Positions 25,607 through 36,044 of a DNA stretch of 64,000 bases are shown here, piece after piece; position 1 is the stretch's first letter; every line of letters starts with the position of its first letter. A program made the position numbers and the translations under genes. The DNA is from a phage, in sequence record PQ724393.1, one strand, 5' to 3'. The notes beneath the pieces are model-generated. The model had not been told where the DNA came from. It did no database searches and saw nothing but the letters and a program-made list of their open reading frames with translations.

Positions 25607-28318
25607 TTAAAAGTCGAACATATCAAATAATGTTGCTTTTTTCTCGTAGTCGATTTTAGCAGACTCAGTAAAACCAGTCAGAGGCTTGATAAAGGTCTTT
25701 TGGAACAGTACGTTGTAGTCCATCCAACGGAGGACTTGGTCACGAATCTGAATCGGAAGTTCAATACCTGACGGCCATGCCATACAAGCTTCACCGAACG
25801 GGTTGCCTTCTTTAAGCGGCAGTACATATACCTTTTCACCATCAACGATACGAGGCATAGTCAAATCACCTGCAGAAGCACGCATGTAAGCTAAGCAACC
25901 TTTGATGTGGTACGGGCATTTAGAACCAGGGAATCCGCCTTCATTATATTTCTCGATGTTGTTAGCACTGGATACTGCTGCAATGCTTACATAGTTGAGT
26001 TCGTTAAATTCCTTATTAAACTGTTTGAAATATTCTTGCAAAGATGCCTCACCTTCCTGAAGCATACGACGGATACATTCCTTCAGAGCTTTCTGAACTG
26101 CTTTAGGTGTACTTGATTTCTGAGTTTCGAGGCCCATGATTTTCAAGTGTGGTTCGGCATAACGAGTACCTTCCATGTCCCAAACGTTCAGTGCATAACG
26201 TTTCTTACCTGTCCAGAATCCACCAAGACCTTTAGAACCAAGTGGAGGACCTGCGATAGCTTCTCGGTCCATGAACATCAAGTGCTGTTTGTTGTTCATG
26301 TACTCGCACATCTCACGGAAGCCTGCATCAATAGCCGGTTCCATACGTTCACGTGCAAATTTATCTAAGAAGTCAACCCAGTGGTTAGTATCACGGAATT
26401 TGTCTTCGCCTACTTTATTGATGATTGCATCAGCCTTAACATAAATGGAGTCAGTATCACCATAGAGCACGAACTTCTGGTTTTCAGTCTTGCACACACC
26501 ATTCAGGTATTCGTTAACCTTACGTTCAATCCATTGGAGGGCCATTTGACCAAACAGTGTGATTGCAGTTGCGTTCCTGAGGTCGTAATAACGGAACCAT
26601 ACGTTACCAAGTGCACCATAAAGGGAGTTGATAAGCAACTTACGGTTAATCTGAGCAGTCATACCTGCAACTTCGGTACGTTCAGCTCTGAACAACATTT
26701 CTCTTAAAGAAGGTGCTGACAGCGTTTTAATCTTGGCTTTGATTTCGTCAGAGAAGTCAAAACGATAATCGATATCCAGTGGACTATCAGCCGAGAGATT
26801 AGGATTTTCTAATGCTTCTTTAATTAACTCACCATTACGTTGAGCTGCAAGCATATAACCTTTATGTTCTTTACGTTGTAAGAACACCTTAGTGATTTCT
26901 GTAGGAATAACACCATCGCGGTCTTTATAGTACATCATGCCGTTAGGAGAGCAACTGTAGACGTCGCTAGGACGCGGAGCTGTTCCGGCAATATATTCAT
27001 GTATCGGTGCGTTAGCGAATGTCCCTGCGATGGTCTCTGGGCTTATATTCACTTGTCGAATGATACTCGGGTACAGAGATGTAAGGTCGAAACTCATTAC
27101 ATATTTGTAAGCGTTAGGAATCGGTTCCTTAACGAAAGCACCAGGATAAGGTTGAACCACGTGTGAACGAGCTTGTGGAATTACCTTGCCTTGTTCTTTA
27201 AGGCTATTAAAGATAATAGCGTCCCAAGTCTTAATTGGACTAAACACCGACTGAATCTGCATCTTGGCATAATAACCCATGTCCAAACTCAGAAGAATGA
27301 ACTGACGCTTCATATCAATCTGCACTACACGATATACGTCGATAATGTTATAGGAAATATATCGTTGGTGGTTCGTCTCACGTAACTTAGAGATTGGACC
27401 ATCATATTTCAACTTACCCACTTTCAATTCATATTCAGAAACATAATCCAGAGAATAAGAAGGCTGGTTGGTGAAGCTGAATTTTTTATAGAGGTCGATA
27501 TAATCCAGAACAGAGATACCGAACAATGTAATGATTTCACGAGCACCGTACATGTTCTCAATAACTTTAACACGAGTTTTACGATGTGGGCTTAATCGCT
27601 TAGCAGTGTTCTCACCGAACAGATTTTTCAGACGGTTATAAACGTACGGTACGTCAAACGACTCAACGTTCCATCCAGTCAAAATCACAGGAGTTTTCTG
27701 TTGCCAGAAATTCAAGTACTCAAGCATCATTTCTTCTTCAGAATTAAACGGAAGATAAACGATTTTGTCAATGATTTCCTGTGGAACTTCGTCACCACCT
27801 TCGTCTTGGAGTTTCTCAGCGATTTTAATCGACCACTCTTCAACAGTACCATAAGGCGAAACTAAAAGGTCGAATACATAGAATTTATCGTCAATCGAGT
27901 CGTAGTGGGTAATGGCATCGATAGGATGTTTAGCCTGAGCTGGTTCAGGGAATCCATCAGGAGATGTTACCTCGATGTCGAAGTTAGCAATACGAATCTT
28001 AGAAGAATCATATTTGATTTCTTTACGATAGGTATCAGACAAATAGGCTAATTTATAGTCGTCCATACCCAGGGCTTCGAGACCCATATCATCCATACGT
28101 TTCATCCATTGGGATGCATCACGCATAGAATCGAATTCTTTCTTAACACAACCCTTACCATAGATATCAATGTATTTTACGGCTTGCTCTGGGTTAGCAT
28201 GCATAAACATTGTGGGCTTGTATGGAACTTCACGACTACGTTCGTTACCATTTTTATCGATGTAACGTTCGAGAATATTATCACCGATTTGTTCGACTGT
28301 CAAATAGAATTCTTGCAT
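25607..28318 (-). CDS. 43: DNA polymerase gp43 (family B, with 3'-5' exonuclease)
   Basis: Start reset to MQEFYLTVEQ... (ATG 28318, SD AAAGGA); exo motif FDIEV; YGDTDS polymerase motif; strong similarity to recalled RB69/T4 gp43. Confidence 0.95.
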   Translation of the reverse strand: MQEFYLTVEQIGDNILERYIDKNGNERSREVPYKPTMFMHANPEQAVKYIDIYGKGCVKKEFDSMRDASQWMKRMDDMGLEALGMDDYKLAYLSDTYRKEIKYDSSKIRIANFDIEVTSPDGFPEPAQAKHPIDAITHYDSIDDKFYVFDLLVSPYGTVEEWSIKIAEKLQDEGGDEVPQEIIDKIVYLPFNSEEEMMLEYLNFWQQKTPVILTGWNVESFDVPYVYNRLKNLFGENTAKRLSPHRKTRVKVIENMYGAREIITLFGISVLDYIDLYKKFSFTNQPSYSLDYVSEYELKVGKLKYDGPISKLRETNHQRYISYNIIDVYRVVQIDMKRQFILLSLDMGYYAKMQIQSVFSPIKTWDAIIFNSLKEQGKVIPQARSHVVQPYPGAFVKEPIPNAYKYVMSFDLTSLYPSIIRQVNISPETIAGTFANAPIHEYIAGTAPRPSDVYSCSPNGMMYYKDRDGVIPTEITKVFLQRKEHKGYMLAAQRNGELIKEALENPNLSADSPLDIDYRFDFSDEIKAKIKTLSAPSLREMLFRAERTEVAGMTAQINRKLLINSLYGALGNVWFRYYDLRNATAITLFGQMALQWIERKVNEYLNGVCKTENQKFVLYGDTDSIYVKADAIINKVGEDKFRDTNHWVDFLDKFARERMEPAIDAGFREMCEYMNNKQHLMFMDREAIAGPPLGSKGLGGFWTGKKRYALNVWDMEGTRYAEPHLKIMGLETQKSSTPKAVQKALKECIRRMLQEGEASLQEYFKQFNKEFNELNYVSIAAVSSANNIEKYNEGGFPGSKCPYHIKGCLAYMRASAGDLTMPRIVDGEKVYVLPLKEGNPFGEACMAWPSGIELPIQIRDQVLRWMDYNVLFQKTFIKPLTGFTESAKIDYEKKATLFDMFDF

Positions 28319-28378
28319 TTCATTTCCTTTATAGACGAGTGATTGTCTTTTGTTTGTTGATGAATCATTATACTCCAA

Positions 28379-28399
28379 AAAGGGACCGAAGTCCCTTTG
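28379..28399 (-). terminator. hairpin/terminator upstream of gene 43
   Basis: GGGAC-TTCG-GTCCC followed by TTTTTGG; may also serve in gp43 translational control. Confidence 0.55.
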
Positions 28400-28400
28400 C

Positions 28401-28616
28401 TTAAATTTCTATTGTTTGACGTTTAATGGTTGAATTACCATCTTCGTCTTTAGTTTTAATCATAGCCTGGAAGACTTTCTGACCTGGATGTAGCAACTTA
28501 TGGAGTTCTTTTTGAAATTCTAGTTGGAGCTCTTCGGAAAGGTCAAAAACAGTTTGAGTTGGTGAAAGTCCGTATACCTCTTTAAGACGTTCACACGTTT
28601 CAATTTCAAGAATCAT
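28401..28616 (-). CDS. hypothetical protein (72 aa)
   Basis: In-frame ATG 28616 directly after regA stop; track form overlaps regA. Confidence 0.45.
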   Translation of the reverse strand: MILEIETCERLKEVYGLSPTQTVFDLSEELQLEFQKELHKLLHPGQKVFQAMIKTKDEDGNSTIKRQTIEI

Positions 28617-28617
28617 A

Positions 28618-28980
28618 TTAATTACCAATGCTATACTTAGACAGTAGTTCCCAGTCATTTTTCTGTTTAAAGGAAATGACACGGAAATTATTAGTGATTT
28701 CGAACAGCTCAGAGTCGTCTACGATATCAATAAGTCCCCAATCCTTAAGAAGCTGGGCGATAGAATCGCGGCGTTGGTAGTCTTCACCATCGATATCTAC
28801 CTGGCGACCGTCCATACGCAACATCTCTTTAAAGTGGACAATATAATACCGTCCTTGCTTTTGCAAAATGTGGCAGGATTGATATAGTTTCTTTTCTTTA
28901 TTATTGGCGATACCCATACGAGTCAGGGTCTCTTTCACTTTTAGGAAGTCTTCAGGTTGCTTCAGAGTAATTTCAATCAT
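28618..28980 (-). CDS. regA: RegA translational repressor
   Basis: 120 aa; MIEITLKQPEDFLKVKETLTRMGIANNK...NNFRVISFKQK near-identical to recalled T4 RegA. Confidence 0.9.
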   Translation of the reverse strand: MIEITLKQPEDFLKVKETLTRMGIANNKEKKLYQSCHILQKQGRYYIVHFKEMLRMDGRQVDIDGEDYQRRDSIAQLLKDWGLIDIVDDSELFEITNNFRVISFKQKNDWELLSKYSIGN

Positions 28981-28986
28981 TTTAAT

Positions 28987-29559
28987 TTACCATTCCAATG
29001 CTTTCTTTTTCAAGTCTTTTTGTTCTTTCACATTTTTGGTCACGGATTTCAAGAACTCGTCCGTAACCAACCCTTTCATCTTCTTAAGCATTGCCGGAAG
29101 ATGGCCTTTAATTTTATAAGTCTCGAGATAACGATAAGCGTCATCATTATTAATTGAATGGTATTTCATCAATAAACGAGTAATAAAAACTACACTAACT
29201 TCATCATCATGGGCCTTAGCCCATTTACCAAATCTCTTACCCTTAGGAACAGCATGTAAAAGATAGTTGAAGTGACTTTGGTCGTCAAGTTTAAGACAGT
29301 TAACCATCGCGGCTTGCATAATGCAATCTACGTGTTGGCTCAAACTATTATCTAGCCAAAATTGATTATAGTTTTCTGATTGGGCCAAGTTACGTTGTTT
29401 TTTACCGTATGTGATATCGTTCATAATGGCAAACAATTCGTTTTCAGCCTTTTCTTTAAATGAATCGGCTAAGGCTTGAATAGCAGCGTCGTTACGTTGT
29501 TTCCAAGCAACTTCATGTTCATTCAGTTCAACGTCATCATCAAAAAGACTTATAGCCAT
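28987..29559 (-). CDS. 62: clamp-loader subunit gp62
   Basis: 190 aa; C-terminus GLVTDEFLKSVTKNVKEQKDLKKKALEW matches recalled T4 gp62. Confidence 0.85.
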   Translation of the reverse strand: MAISLFDDDVELNEHEVAWKQRNDAAIQALADSFKEKAENELFAIMNDITYGKKQRNLAQSENYNQFWLDNSLSQHVDCIMQAAMVNCLKLDDQSHFNYLLHAVPKGKRFGKWAKAHDDEVSVVFITRLLMKYHSINNDDAYRYLETYKIKGHLPAMLKKMKGLVTDEFLKSVTKNVKEQKDLKKKALEW

Positions 29560-30509
29560 TGGAGCTCCAGAGCAAGTTGGATAAACAGATAAGTCAGGTG
29601 AATTTCTGGGTTAGCCGCAATACCATGGTATTGGTTATTTTCACCGACGATTTCATACATTCTAACAATGCTTGGCCCGGGCAATTTACCATAGAGTTCG
29701 TTAGCCAATGTCATAATAAAGTTGGCATAATCATTGACATGACGTGGAGCTAATGCACGGAGTTCTTTAAAGTTTTTATCTTTCAGTGCGGCCACTACTT
29801 CATCAATAGGCGAATTGGTATTCATTACAATACTCAAAATGCCTGTATCGATTTTACCACTTGAGGAATAACGGTCTAGTTGGTTAATTGTTTTACGGAA
29901 GTCAGGGAAGTTTTGTTTAACTAAAGCAGCAATAACTTTAAGGTCTTCGACTTCGATATTTTCGTTTTTACAAATTGCTACTGCACGATGAATCATTTCT
30001 TTCATCATGGCAGTTTGGTCAGCTGGAGTGGCTTCACCAAATTTAATTACACGGCAACGAGATTGAAGTGGACCGATAATACCATCAATATTGTTTGCTG
30101 TAATAATTACAGAACAGTTTGAGGAATAGGCCTCTAAGAATGAACGAAGGTGGCGTTGAGCTTCAGCAACACCAGCACGGTCGAATTCGTCAATAACAAT
30201 TACCTTACGTTTACCTTCGATAGATTTAGAAGATGCAAAACGAGTAAGTTCGTTACGAACGAAATCAATACGGCAGTCAGAACCGTTAACAAACAACATG
30301 TCTGAATTTGTATCAGCACACAATGCTTTAGCTACGGTAGTTTTACCTGTGCCTGGTGAAGCAGAGACTAGGATAATGTTAGGGATTAGGCCCTTATTAA
30401 CAATTGCTTGGAGAGTTTCTTTATCATGAGCAGGCAGAATACACTCAGATAAAGTACCTGGACGATATTTCTGTTCGAACATGAATTCATTATTGTTTAC
30501 TGTAAGCAT
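29550..30509 (-). CDS. 44: clamp-loader ATPase gp44 (AAA+)
   Basis: 319 aa; Walker A SPGTGKTT; high similarity to recalled T4 gp44. Confidence 0.92.
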   Translation of the reverse strand: MLTVNNNEFMFEQKYRPGTLSECILPAHDKETLQAIVNKGLIPNIILVSASPGTGKTTVAKALCADTNSDMLFVNGSDCRIDFVRNELTRFASSKSIEGKRKVIVIDEFDRAGVAEAQRHLRSFLEAYSSNCSVIITANNIDGIIGPLQSRCRVIKFGEATPADQTAMMKEMIHRAVAICKNENIEVEDLKVIAALVKQNFPDFRKTINQLDRYSSSGKIDTGILSIVMNTNSPIDEVVAALKDKNFKELRALAPRHVNDYANFIMTLANELYGKLPGPSIVRMYEIVGENNQYHGIAANPEIHLTYLFIQLALELQWL

Positions 30510-30570
30510 ATTAATTTCCTCAGGTTTGTTTTTACATTATACTCCAAGGGAGGAATATCCTCCCTATGCT

Positions 30571-31269
30571 TTAGAACGAGTGGCTTGAGCCTGCTTCCAT
30601 GGCCAATACATAAGAAGCTTGTGAACCTTCAAACTTAGCTGCAAAACGAGCATCCTGACCTTCACCGCGGGCCCATAACAACACATGATAATCGGCTGGC
30701 ATCATTTTCATATTGGTTTTGTTAATGATGAACTTAAAGTCAGGACCATCATGGTCAGCTACTACCAAAGAATACAGTGGACGAGTTAATTCTTTATCGT
30801 CGACTTGTTTATAACCGTTGATAACAATTTTACCATCGTCTACAGTGATTGCAAATGTATCAATACTCAGACCAGAGGACACTCGCATCAGCTGCTGGTA
30901 ATCTTCGGCTTTAAGGTCGAAAATAACTTCAGCCACAGGGAACGGGATAGCTTTGCTTGGGAATGCGATTGTGCTTGGGTCAGCAATAGGCCACTTAATT
31001 GTTGAACGTTGGTCTTTAATAATTAATGTGGTTTGGTCTTCACTTACCGAAACTTCAGCACTTTCCGATACCAAAGACAGAATACTTAAGAAGCCATTCA
31101 AATCATAGATTGCTGCTTCGATATCGAAGGTGTCGCTTACAGTGGCTTCACCATAACTTGCACCGGTAACAGATCGGGTCAGAATGGTGTTACCCGGTTT
31201 AAGCATAATGCCTGGGTTAATACCGGAGAAGTTTTTAAGAATGTTCAGGGTTTCTTTAGAGAATTTCAT
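30571..31269 (-). CDS. 45: sliding clamp gp45
   Basis: 232 aa; similar along its length to recalled T4 gp45. Confidence 0.92.
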   Translation of the reverse strand: MKFSKETLNILKNFSGINPGIMLKPGNTILTRSVTGASYGEATVSDTFDIEAAIYDLNGFLSILSLVSESAEVSVSEDQTTLIIKDQRSTIKWPIADPSTIAFPSKAIPFPVAEVIFDLKAEDYQQLMRVSSGLSIDTFAITVDDGKIVINGYKQVDDKELTRPLYSLVVADHDGPDFKFIINKTNMKMMPADYHVLLWARGEGQDARFAAKFEGSQASYVLAMEAGSSHSF

Positions 31270-31293
31270 AATGTTTCCTTATCAAGTCAAAAA

Positions 31294-31707
31294 TTAAGCA
31301 ATAACGATCATTTGTTTACGGATTGATTCAGGCAGAGATTCAATATACTCTGGAATCTGGGAAGCAACAATAGCGCCGGCTTCAAGCAACTGCTCATCAG
31401 GGTCGACGCAATAATCATCTTCTAAACGTTCAGAACCGTCGCGGTCGATAACAAGTTTAGCACCTGCAGCCAGTGAATCATTATAATGGCGACGCATAAT
31501 TTCTACCCACTTATCAGATACGTCGTTATCAATAATACCGTAGAGCATGAACTTAGTTTCTTGTGGAAGAGACTGCAATCGACGTGCGGAGTTGGTATCA
31601 ATATTCAGTACCCATGATTTACGGATACGGTTCTGATTATGTGGGTTGGAGTCAGTACGAATGGTTTTAACTTGGATATCTTTAACAGTAATAGCGTTAG
31701 CAAACAT
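31294..31707 (-). CDS. rpbA: RpbA-like protein (position); start uncertain
   Basis: ORF between 45 and 46 as T4 rpbA; three candidate ATGs with weak SDs. Confidence 0.45.
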   Translation of the reverse strand: MFANAITVKDIQVKTIRTDSNPHNQNRIRKSWVLNIDTNSARRLQSLPQETKFMLYGIIDNDVSDKWVEIMRRHYNDSLAAGAKLVIDRDGSERLEDDYCVDPDEQLLEAGAIVASQIPEYIESLPESIRKQMIVIA

Positions 31708-31769
31708 AATATTTTCTCTCATTTGGTTGGTAGATGTATTATAAATCAATATTTTAAAGCACTTAACGT

Positions 31770-31961
31770 TTAATCAAAGTATTCATAAACGAACCAGGCA
31801 GGGTTCCTGTTCGACATGATTCTATCATACTCTGACTTAAAAGCATTTCGGAGATAATCTTCAGTAACAAGATGTTCGTCTCCAGAGAAGTTGTTAACTA
31901 AAACATACCGCTTTAGTTCAGGAACGGCCAACAAATGCTGGCCTGTTATAAAATCACTCAT
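31770..31961 (-). CDS. hypothetical protein (63 aa), 45.2 position
   Basis: Track ORF coupled to gene 46. Confidence 0.5.
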   Translation of the reverse strand: MSDFITGQHLLAVPELKRYVLVNNFSGDEHLVTEDYLRNAFKSEYDRIMSNRNPAWFVYEYFD

Positions 31962-33640
31962 TCTATCACCGTGAATCGTCCAACTTTCTTCATTTGAAGA
32001 TGTTGGCCATAAGCTTGTGGGTCGTGGTCCCTGTGGCTGATTATAAAAACATTACTGTCTTCAAGACTATTAAGAATACTTGCAATCGATTTAACAGCCT
32101 CAGCGTCAACTGCTCCGTCAAAAACTTCATCCAACACTAATGTACTGATGTGGACCCCACTGACTTTTTCAGCAATATCACGCCAGGTAAAAAGTAGTGC
32201 GATATCAATACGTGCTTTCTCACCCTGTGAAAATGAAGCATAACTAAAGTCTTCACGTCCACGTGATTTAATCGTCTCATTGAATTCTTCGTCTAGGGTA
32301 AAGACGTAGTCGGCTTCCATAATCTTCAAATAAGAATTTATCTGCTTATTAAAGATAGGAATGTATTTCTTAATAATGGAACCTTTAATACCGGTATCCT
32401 TCAACATTTCTGTTAGAATTCCACGATGATATTTTTCCATTACCAATGTGGATTTGGTAGAGACGATTTTATCAAGCTCCGCTTGAAGCGCGGCAATCTC
32501 TTCGGCATTACTTACGAACTCAGCAGCGGCTTGGTCGATTAATACTTTAACCTTTTTAGCTTTCTCTACGGCAGTAATGGCTTGTTGCTTATGAGTAGCT
32601 ATCTGGGATTTAATAGCCAGCGCTTTATTACGTTGCTCAGTTACTTGGTCTTTAATAAGTTTAAGCTCTTGGTATTGCTCATTAATCTTATCCAAAGATT
32701 TTTGAAGCTCAAAGTTTTTATCCTTAATTTTAGTAAGGATATTACCATGCTCTTCTAACCCTTGCATACACGTAGGACAATGGCCACCTGTTTCGTATAA
32801 CTTAACCACCTTTGTAAAGGTTGCCATATCATTTTTGATTGCAAATCCTTTATTACTCAGGTCACTCATGGAGTTGCTAGGGTCATCATCTACGATAACA
32901 TTGAGTAATTCATCAGTTAGTTTTTCTATATTGCCCTTCGCAGTCCTGGCTTCTTTAACGAGCTCATCATACATTAATTGCAGACGGGCAGCGTTCTCGC
33001 CGGATAATTTACGTTGACGTTCTTCGTTGTCATTATAAATTTTAATCTGTTGGGTAATAGAATCCTGTTTAACGTCTATTACCTGGATTTGGCTATTAGT
33101 CTCACGAATCAGAGATTTGTTCAACTTATCCATATCCGCTAATACAGAAACCTCTAAAAGGTCTTCCACCAGCTTTCGACGCGCTGGGGTTGACAAACCC
33201 ATGAAGGGGGTATACCCTGCCGTGCCAAGAACGACAATCTGTTTGAAGCTTGCATAGGACATTCCGATAAGCTGTTCAAATTCTGCTTGGAAGTCTTTAC
33301 TGCTGGCAGATTCATCAAGACGTTCACCGCCACAAGAGATTTCAAAAACGTTCGGTTTTTGCCCACGTTTGATGTAGTATTCTTTGCCATCATATTCCAT
33401 CCACAGTTCGACCAAAAGGTCTTTCTTGTTACTTGAATTAATCAACTGCCCTTTCTTAACATCGCGAAAAGGCTTACCGAACAGAGCAAATGTTACGGCT
33501 TCAAGGAACGTAGATTTCCCTGCACCATTTTTACCAGTGACTAAGGTCTTTTGGACCTTGTCGAGTTGGATTGTAATAGGCTGTTGGCCCACTGACATGA
33601 TATTTTTATACGTTACTTTCTTTAACTTAAAAGTCTTCAT
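31958..33640 (-). CDS. 46: recombination endonuclease subunit gp46 (Rad50/SbcC-like)
   Basis: 560 aa; Walker A TGKNGAGKST, coiled coil, C-terminal signature/Walker B LVLDE. Confidence 0.9.
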   Translation of the reverse strand: MKTFKLKKVTYKNIMSVGQQPITIQLDKVQKTLVTGKNGAGKSTFLEAVTFALFGKPFRDVKKGQLINSSNKKDLLVELWMEYDGKEYYIKRGQKPNVFEISCGGERLDESASSKDFQAEFEQLIGMSYASFKQIVVLGTAGYTPFMGLSTPARRKLVEDLLEVSVLADMDKLNKSLIRETNSQIQVIDVKQDSITQQIKIYNDNEERQRKLSGENAARLQLMYDELVKEARTAKGNIEKLTDELLNVIVDDDPSNSMSDLSNKGFAIKNDMATFTKVVKLYETGGHCPTCMQGLEEHGNILTKIKDKNFELQKSLDKINEQYQELKLIKDQVTEQRNKALAIKSQIATHKQQAITAVEKAKKVKVLIDQAAAEFVSNAEEIAALQAELDKIVSTKSTLVMEKYHRGILTEMLKDTGIKGSIIKKYIPIFNKQINSYLKIMEADYVFTLDEEFNETIKSRGREDFSYASFSQGEKARIDIALLFTWRDIAEKVSGVHISTLVLDEVFDGAVDAEAVKSIASILNSLEDSNVFIISHRDHDPQAYGQHLQMKKVGRFTVIE

Positions 33641-33861
33641 GTATTGTTCTCACGAATTGTTTGTTCAGCATATTCTAGCATTTCTTCGGAAGAAGCAAAC
33701 ACGTCGTCAAGTTCCATGGCCCATGAAACACCTTCAGAATATTCAGAAGTGACATACATAGTTCCGGTATACCAAGAACCATCCACGTCCCATTCTACAT
33801 TACCAAACCAGCCATCGCCAATATGAAAATCATGTTTATACATTTTCATCATTATAAGCAT
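33637..33861 (-). CDS. hypothetical protein (74 aa)
   Basis: Track ORF. Confidence 0.5.
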   Translation of the reverse strand: MLIMMKMYKHDFHIGDGWFGNVEWDVDGSWYTGTMYVTSEYSEGVSWAMELDDVFASSEEMLEYAEQTIRENNT

Positions 33862-34099
33862 CCTTGATGCATGATTCAGCCATATGAATTAATGTTTCTG
33901 GAGTATCATCTACCATTACATTAAAGCTAAATTCCACAGCCCAATCAGTGGCAACATAAACTTTAATAAGCTCGTTGGTATCACGAGTGCTCACGGCTTC
34001 AAACCAGAACTTAATAATACTCGTTTGTCCATCGTCATCAATAACTGTGCAGTCATGCTCCAGTTCAAGTCCTGATTTTTTGAATTCATCTAAAGTCAT
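33836..34099 (-). CDS. hypothetical protein (87 aa)
   Basis: Track ORF. Confidence 0.5.
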   Translation of the reverse strand: MTLDEFKKSGLELEHDCTVIDDDGQTSIIKFWFEAVSTRDTNELIKVYVATDWAVEFSFNVMVDDTPETLIHMAESCIKDAYNDENV

Positions 34100-35118
34100 C
34101 GTGTAACCTCATTATAAAGTTGTGCAGCCATAGTCTTAAGGGCTTTAACATCGTCTTCAGTGTGGCCATCAGGAAGGGCATCGATATAGTCATACATCAT
34201 ATCCAAGAGGGACTTGACTTCATCCTCCTCTTCAGAATCATCGATATCAACACTATTATCTACCTTAGACACAATACGTAAAGAATGGACGACCTTTTCA
34301 AGCTCTGATTCGAACTTAGTAAGGCCGTCATCAATTTTATCGACTATAACACGAACTGCGATATTTGTAAAATCTTTGTAATCGATAGTCGCGTTAGGAT
34401 AATGAATCTTACGATGCCAACAGGTTTCATTAATGATGAAATCCATTTTATGAGTTTCGGTATCGAAAATCCAGAAACCACGAGGGTCGTTCTCATCACC
34501 TGCAGTCAGGGTCCATGGAGTACCAATGTACTTAACGTTTGCTGCATCAGAAATAGTGTGGAAGTGGCCTGACCAAACTTGCTTATACTTTTTAAGGAAA
34601 TCAGGTTCTAAACCATGGGATTTCATTCCTTTATAGAAATAGAAACCATTTAATTCCCAATGCCCAATACAGAAATCTGCTGTGGTATTTTTGATATGGT
34701 CCATGATATCGGTCGTGTTTTCTTCACACATCCATGGAATCAAATCAATTTCGGTGCCATCAAAGTTAACCGTAGTAGGTTTTTCAATAACCTTGATATG
34801 GTCATATTTACCCAGAACTTCAGAAGCAGCATTAGGAGTCAAGGTATTTTTGTAGTGCATATCATGATTACCAACAACGGTATACATGGTAATGCCATTA
34901 GCTTTAAGCAAATCAGAGATTTCGCGAGCGAATTCCATGCACTTGTGAGTAATTGCTTTACGAACATCAAAGATATCACCGTATTGAATCCATACAGTAA
35001 TGCCATTTGCTTTAGAATAATCAATAGCGTCTTGGATACCTTGACGTTGGATATTTTGTACCCACACATCATCAGCCTTAACTCCAAGGTGCCAGTCACC
35101 TGTGTTTAATATTTTCAT
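34096..35118 (-). CDS. 47: recombination nuclease subunit gp47 (Mre11/SbcD-like)
   Basis: Start reset to MKILNTGDWHLG (ATG 35118; track start is TTG); phosphoesterase motifs GDWHLG, GNHD, GHFH. Confidence 0.92.
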   Translation of the reverse strand: MKILNTGDWHLGVKADDVWVQNIQRQGIQDAIDYSKANGITVWIQYGDIFDVRKAITHKCMEFAREISDLLKANGITMYTVVGNHDMHYKNTLTPNAASEVLGKYDHIKVIEKPTTVNFDGTEIDLIPWMCEENTTDIMDHIKNTTADFCIGHWELNGFYFYKGMKSHGLEPDFLKKYKQVWSGHFHTISDAANVKYIGTPWTLTAGDENDPRGFWIFDTETHKMDFIINETCWHRKIHYPNATIDYKDFTNIAVRVIVDKIDDGLTKFESELEKVVHSLRIVSKVDNSVDIDDSEEEDEVKSLLDMMYDYIDALPDGHTEDDVKALKTMAAQLYNEVTR

Positions 35119-35258
35119 AAGCCAAGCACCGTTATCGAAATACAAAATAAAATTATTGAAATGAACCCGTCAGAAGTGGAAAAGAATCCTATCCAACAAG
35201 CTCTTGTGAATGTGTAGAATGCCATGAATAACACGACATATCCTAAAAATAATTCCAT
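35115..35258 (-). CDS. small hydrophobic membrane protein (47 aa)
   Basis: Not in track; SD GAGGAGAA; own translation MELFLGYVVLFMAFYTFTRACWIGFF...; stop overlaps gp47 ATG. Confidence 0.4.
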   Translation of the reverse strand: MELFLGYVVLFMAFYTFTRACWIGFFSTSDGFISIILFCISITVLGL

Positions 35259-35300
35259 ATGTTCTCCTCAGTTGGTTCATTTTATCATCCCGAATATAAA

Positions 35301-35328
35301 GCAAAAAAGGAAGCCCTAGGCTTCCTTT
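35301..35328 (-). terminator. rho-independent terminator
   Basis: AGGAAGCC-TAGG-GCTTCCT followed by TTTTTTGC. Confidence 0.65.
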
Positions 35329-35489
35329 CCAATTAATACGCCATACAGAGGTTCGTGATTAGACCTGAACTTGATAGGCTTATAGGTAATAGTACCTTCA
35401 TTTTCTGCTTTAATACGAGCGGCTTCAAATTGAAGTATCATCTCATTTTTGTCAGATTTAATCTTATCAAAATCCATCGAATTCGTCAT
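35316..35489 (-). CDS. hypothetical small protein (57 aa)
   Basis: Not in track; SD AAGAGG; stop inside terminator hairpin. Confidence 0.3.
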   Translation of the reverse strand: MTNSMDFDKIKSDKNEMILQFEAARIKAENEGTITYKPIKFRSNHEPLYGVLIGKEA

Positions 35490-35547
35490 TCATATAACCT
35501 CTTAAACTTTTTCGTATTCGTCATTCATTAGCCTGCAGTCCATGTTA

Positions 35548-35748
35548 TCATCTCTGCCACCACTTCTTAAGTTGATGAGAATCTACCCAAACCTTGGCTA
35601 CGGGCTCAATCTGAAAAATACCATCAGAATATCGGCCCATCATTTTGTATTCGGTTTCGGACTGCTTAATACAGATATTACCGTATGAGCGAAGTCTAAA
35701 GGCGGCTCCAATAAGAAGCCGTTTAAAGGGTTTATTTACCAGAGCCAT
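35548..35748 (-). CDS. hypothetical protein (66 aa)
   Basis: Track ORF. Confidence 0.4.
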   Translation of the reverse strand: MALVNKPFKRLLIGAAFRLRSYGNICIKQSETEYKMMGRYSDGIFQIEPVAKVWVDSHQLKKWWQR

Positions 35749-36043
35749 TGACGATTTCCCAAATTTGTTTGCGGGTGGATTCCCACATCAATTGAACAAG
35801 TTCATCAGTAACAGGTTGACGGTAAATACCACGTAATTTAATTAAAGCGTACTTATATGCTTCAAAGTTGTTTTCAAGTACAGCGCCTTGGGCGTGGAGA
35901 TTTAAACGACGGATTTCACGAGCATTCTTCTTAAGAATCTTAGCCGCTTGAGAATTAGCTTCTTTAATATTGTGCTCTTCTAAACGTTGCTGGGCTTCTT
36001 CAATTTGCTCGTCAGTCAATTGAGAAATGTCATGGCTTTGCAT
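35732..36043 (-). CDS. hypothetical protein (103 aa)
   Basis: Track ORF. Confidence 0.5.
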   Translation of the reverse strand: MQSHDISQLTDEQIEEAQQRLEEHNIKEANSQAAKILKKNAREIRRLNLHAQGAVLENNFEAYKYALIKLRGIYRQPVTDELVQLMWESTRKQIWEIVNGSGK

Positions 36044-36044
36044 A

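Noticed and set aside
28321-28400. Sigma70 or late promoter directly upstream of gene 43
   Set aside because: Only a TATAAT-like hexamer without a convincing -35 or TATAAATA; the hairpin is recorded as a terminator/operator-like structure instead.
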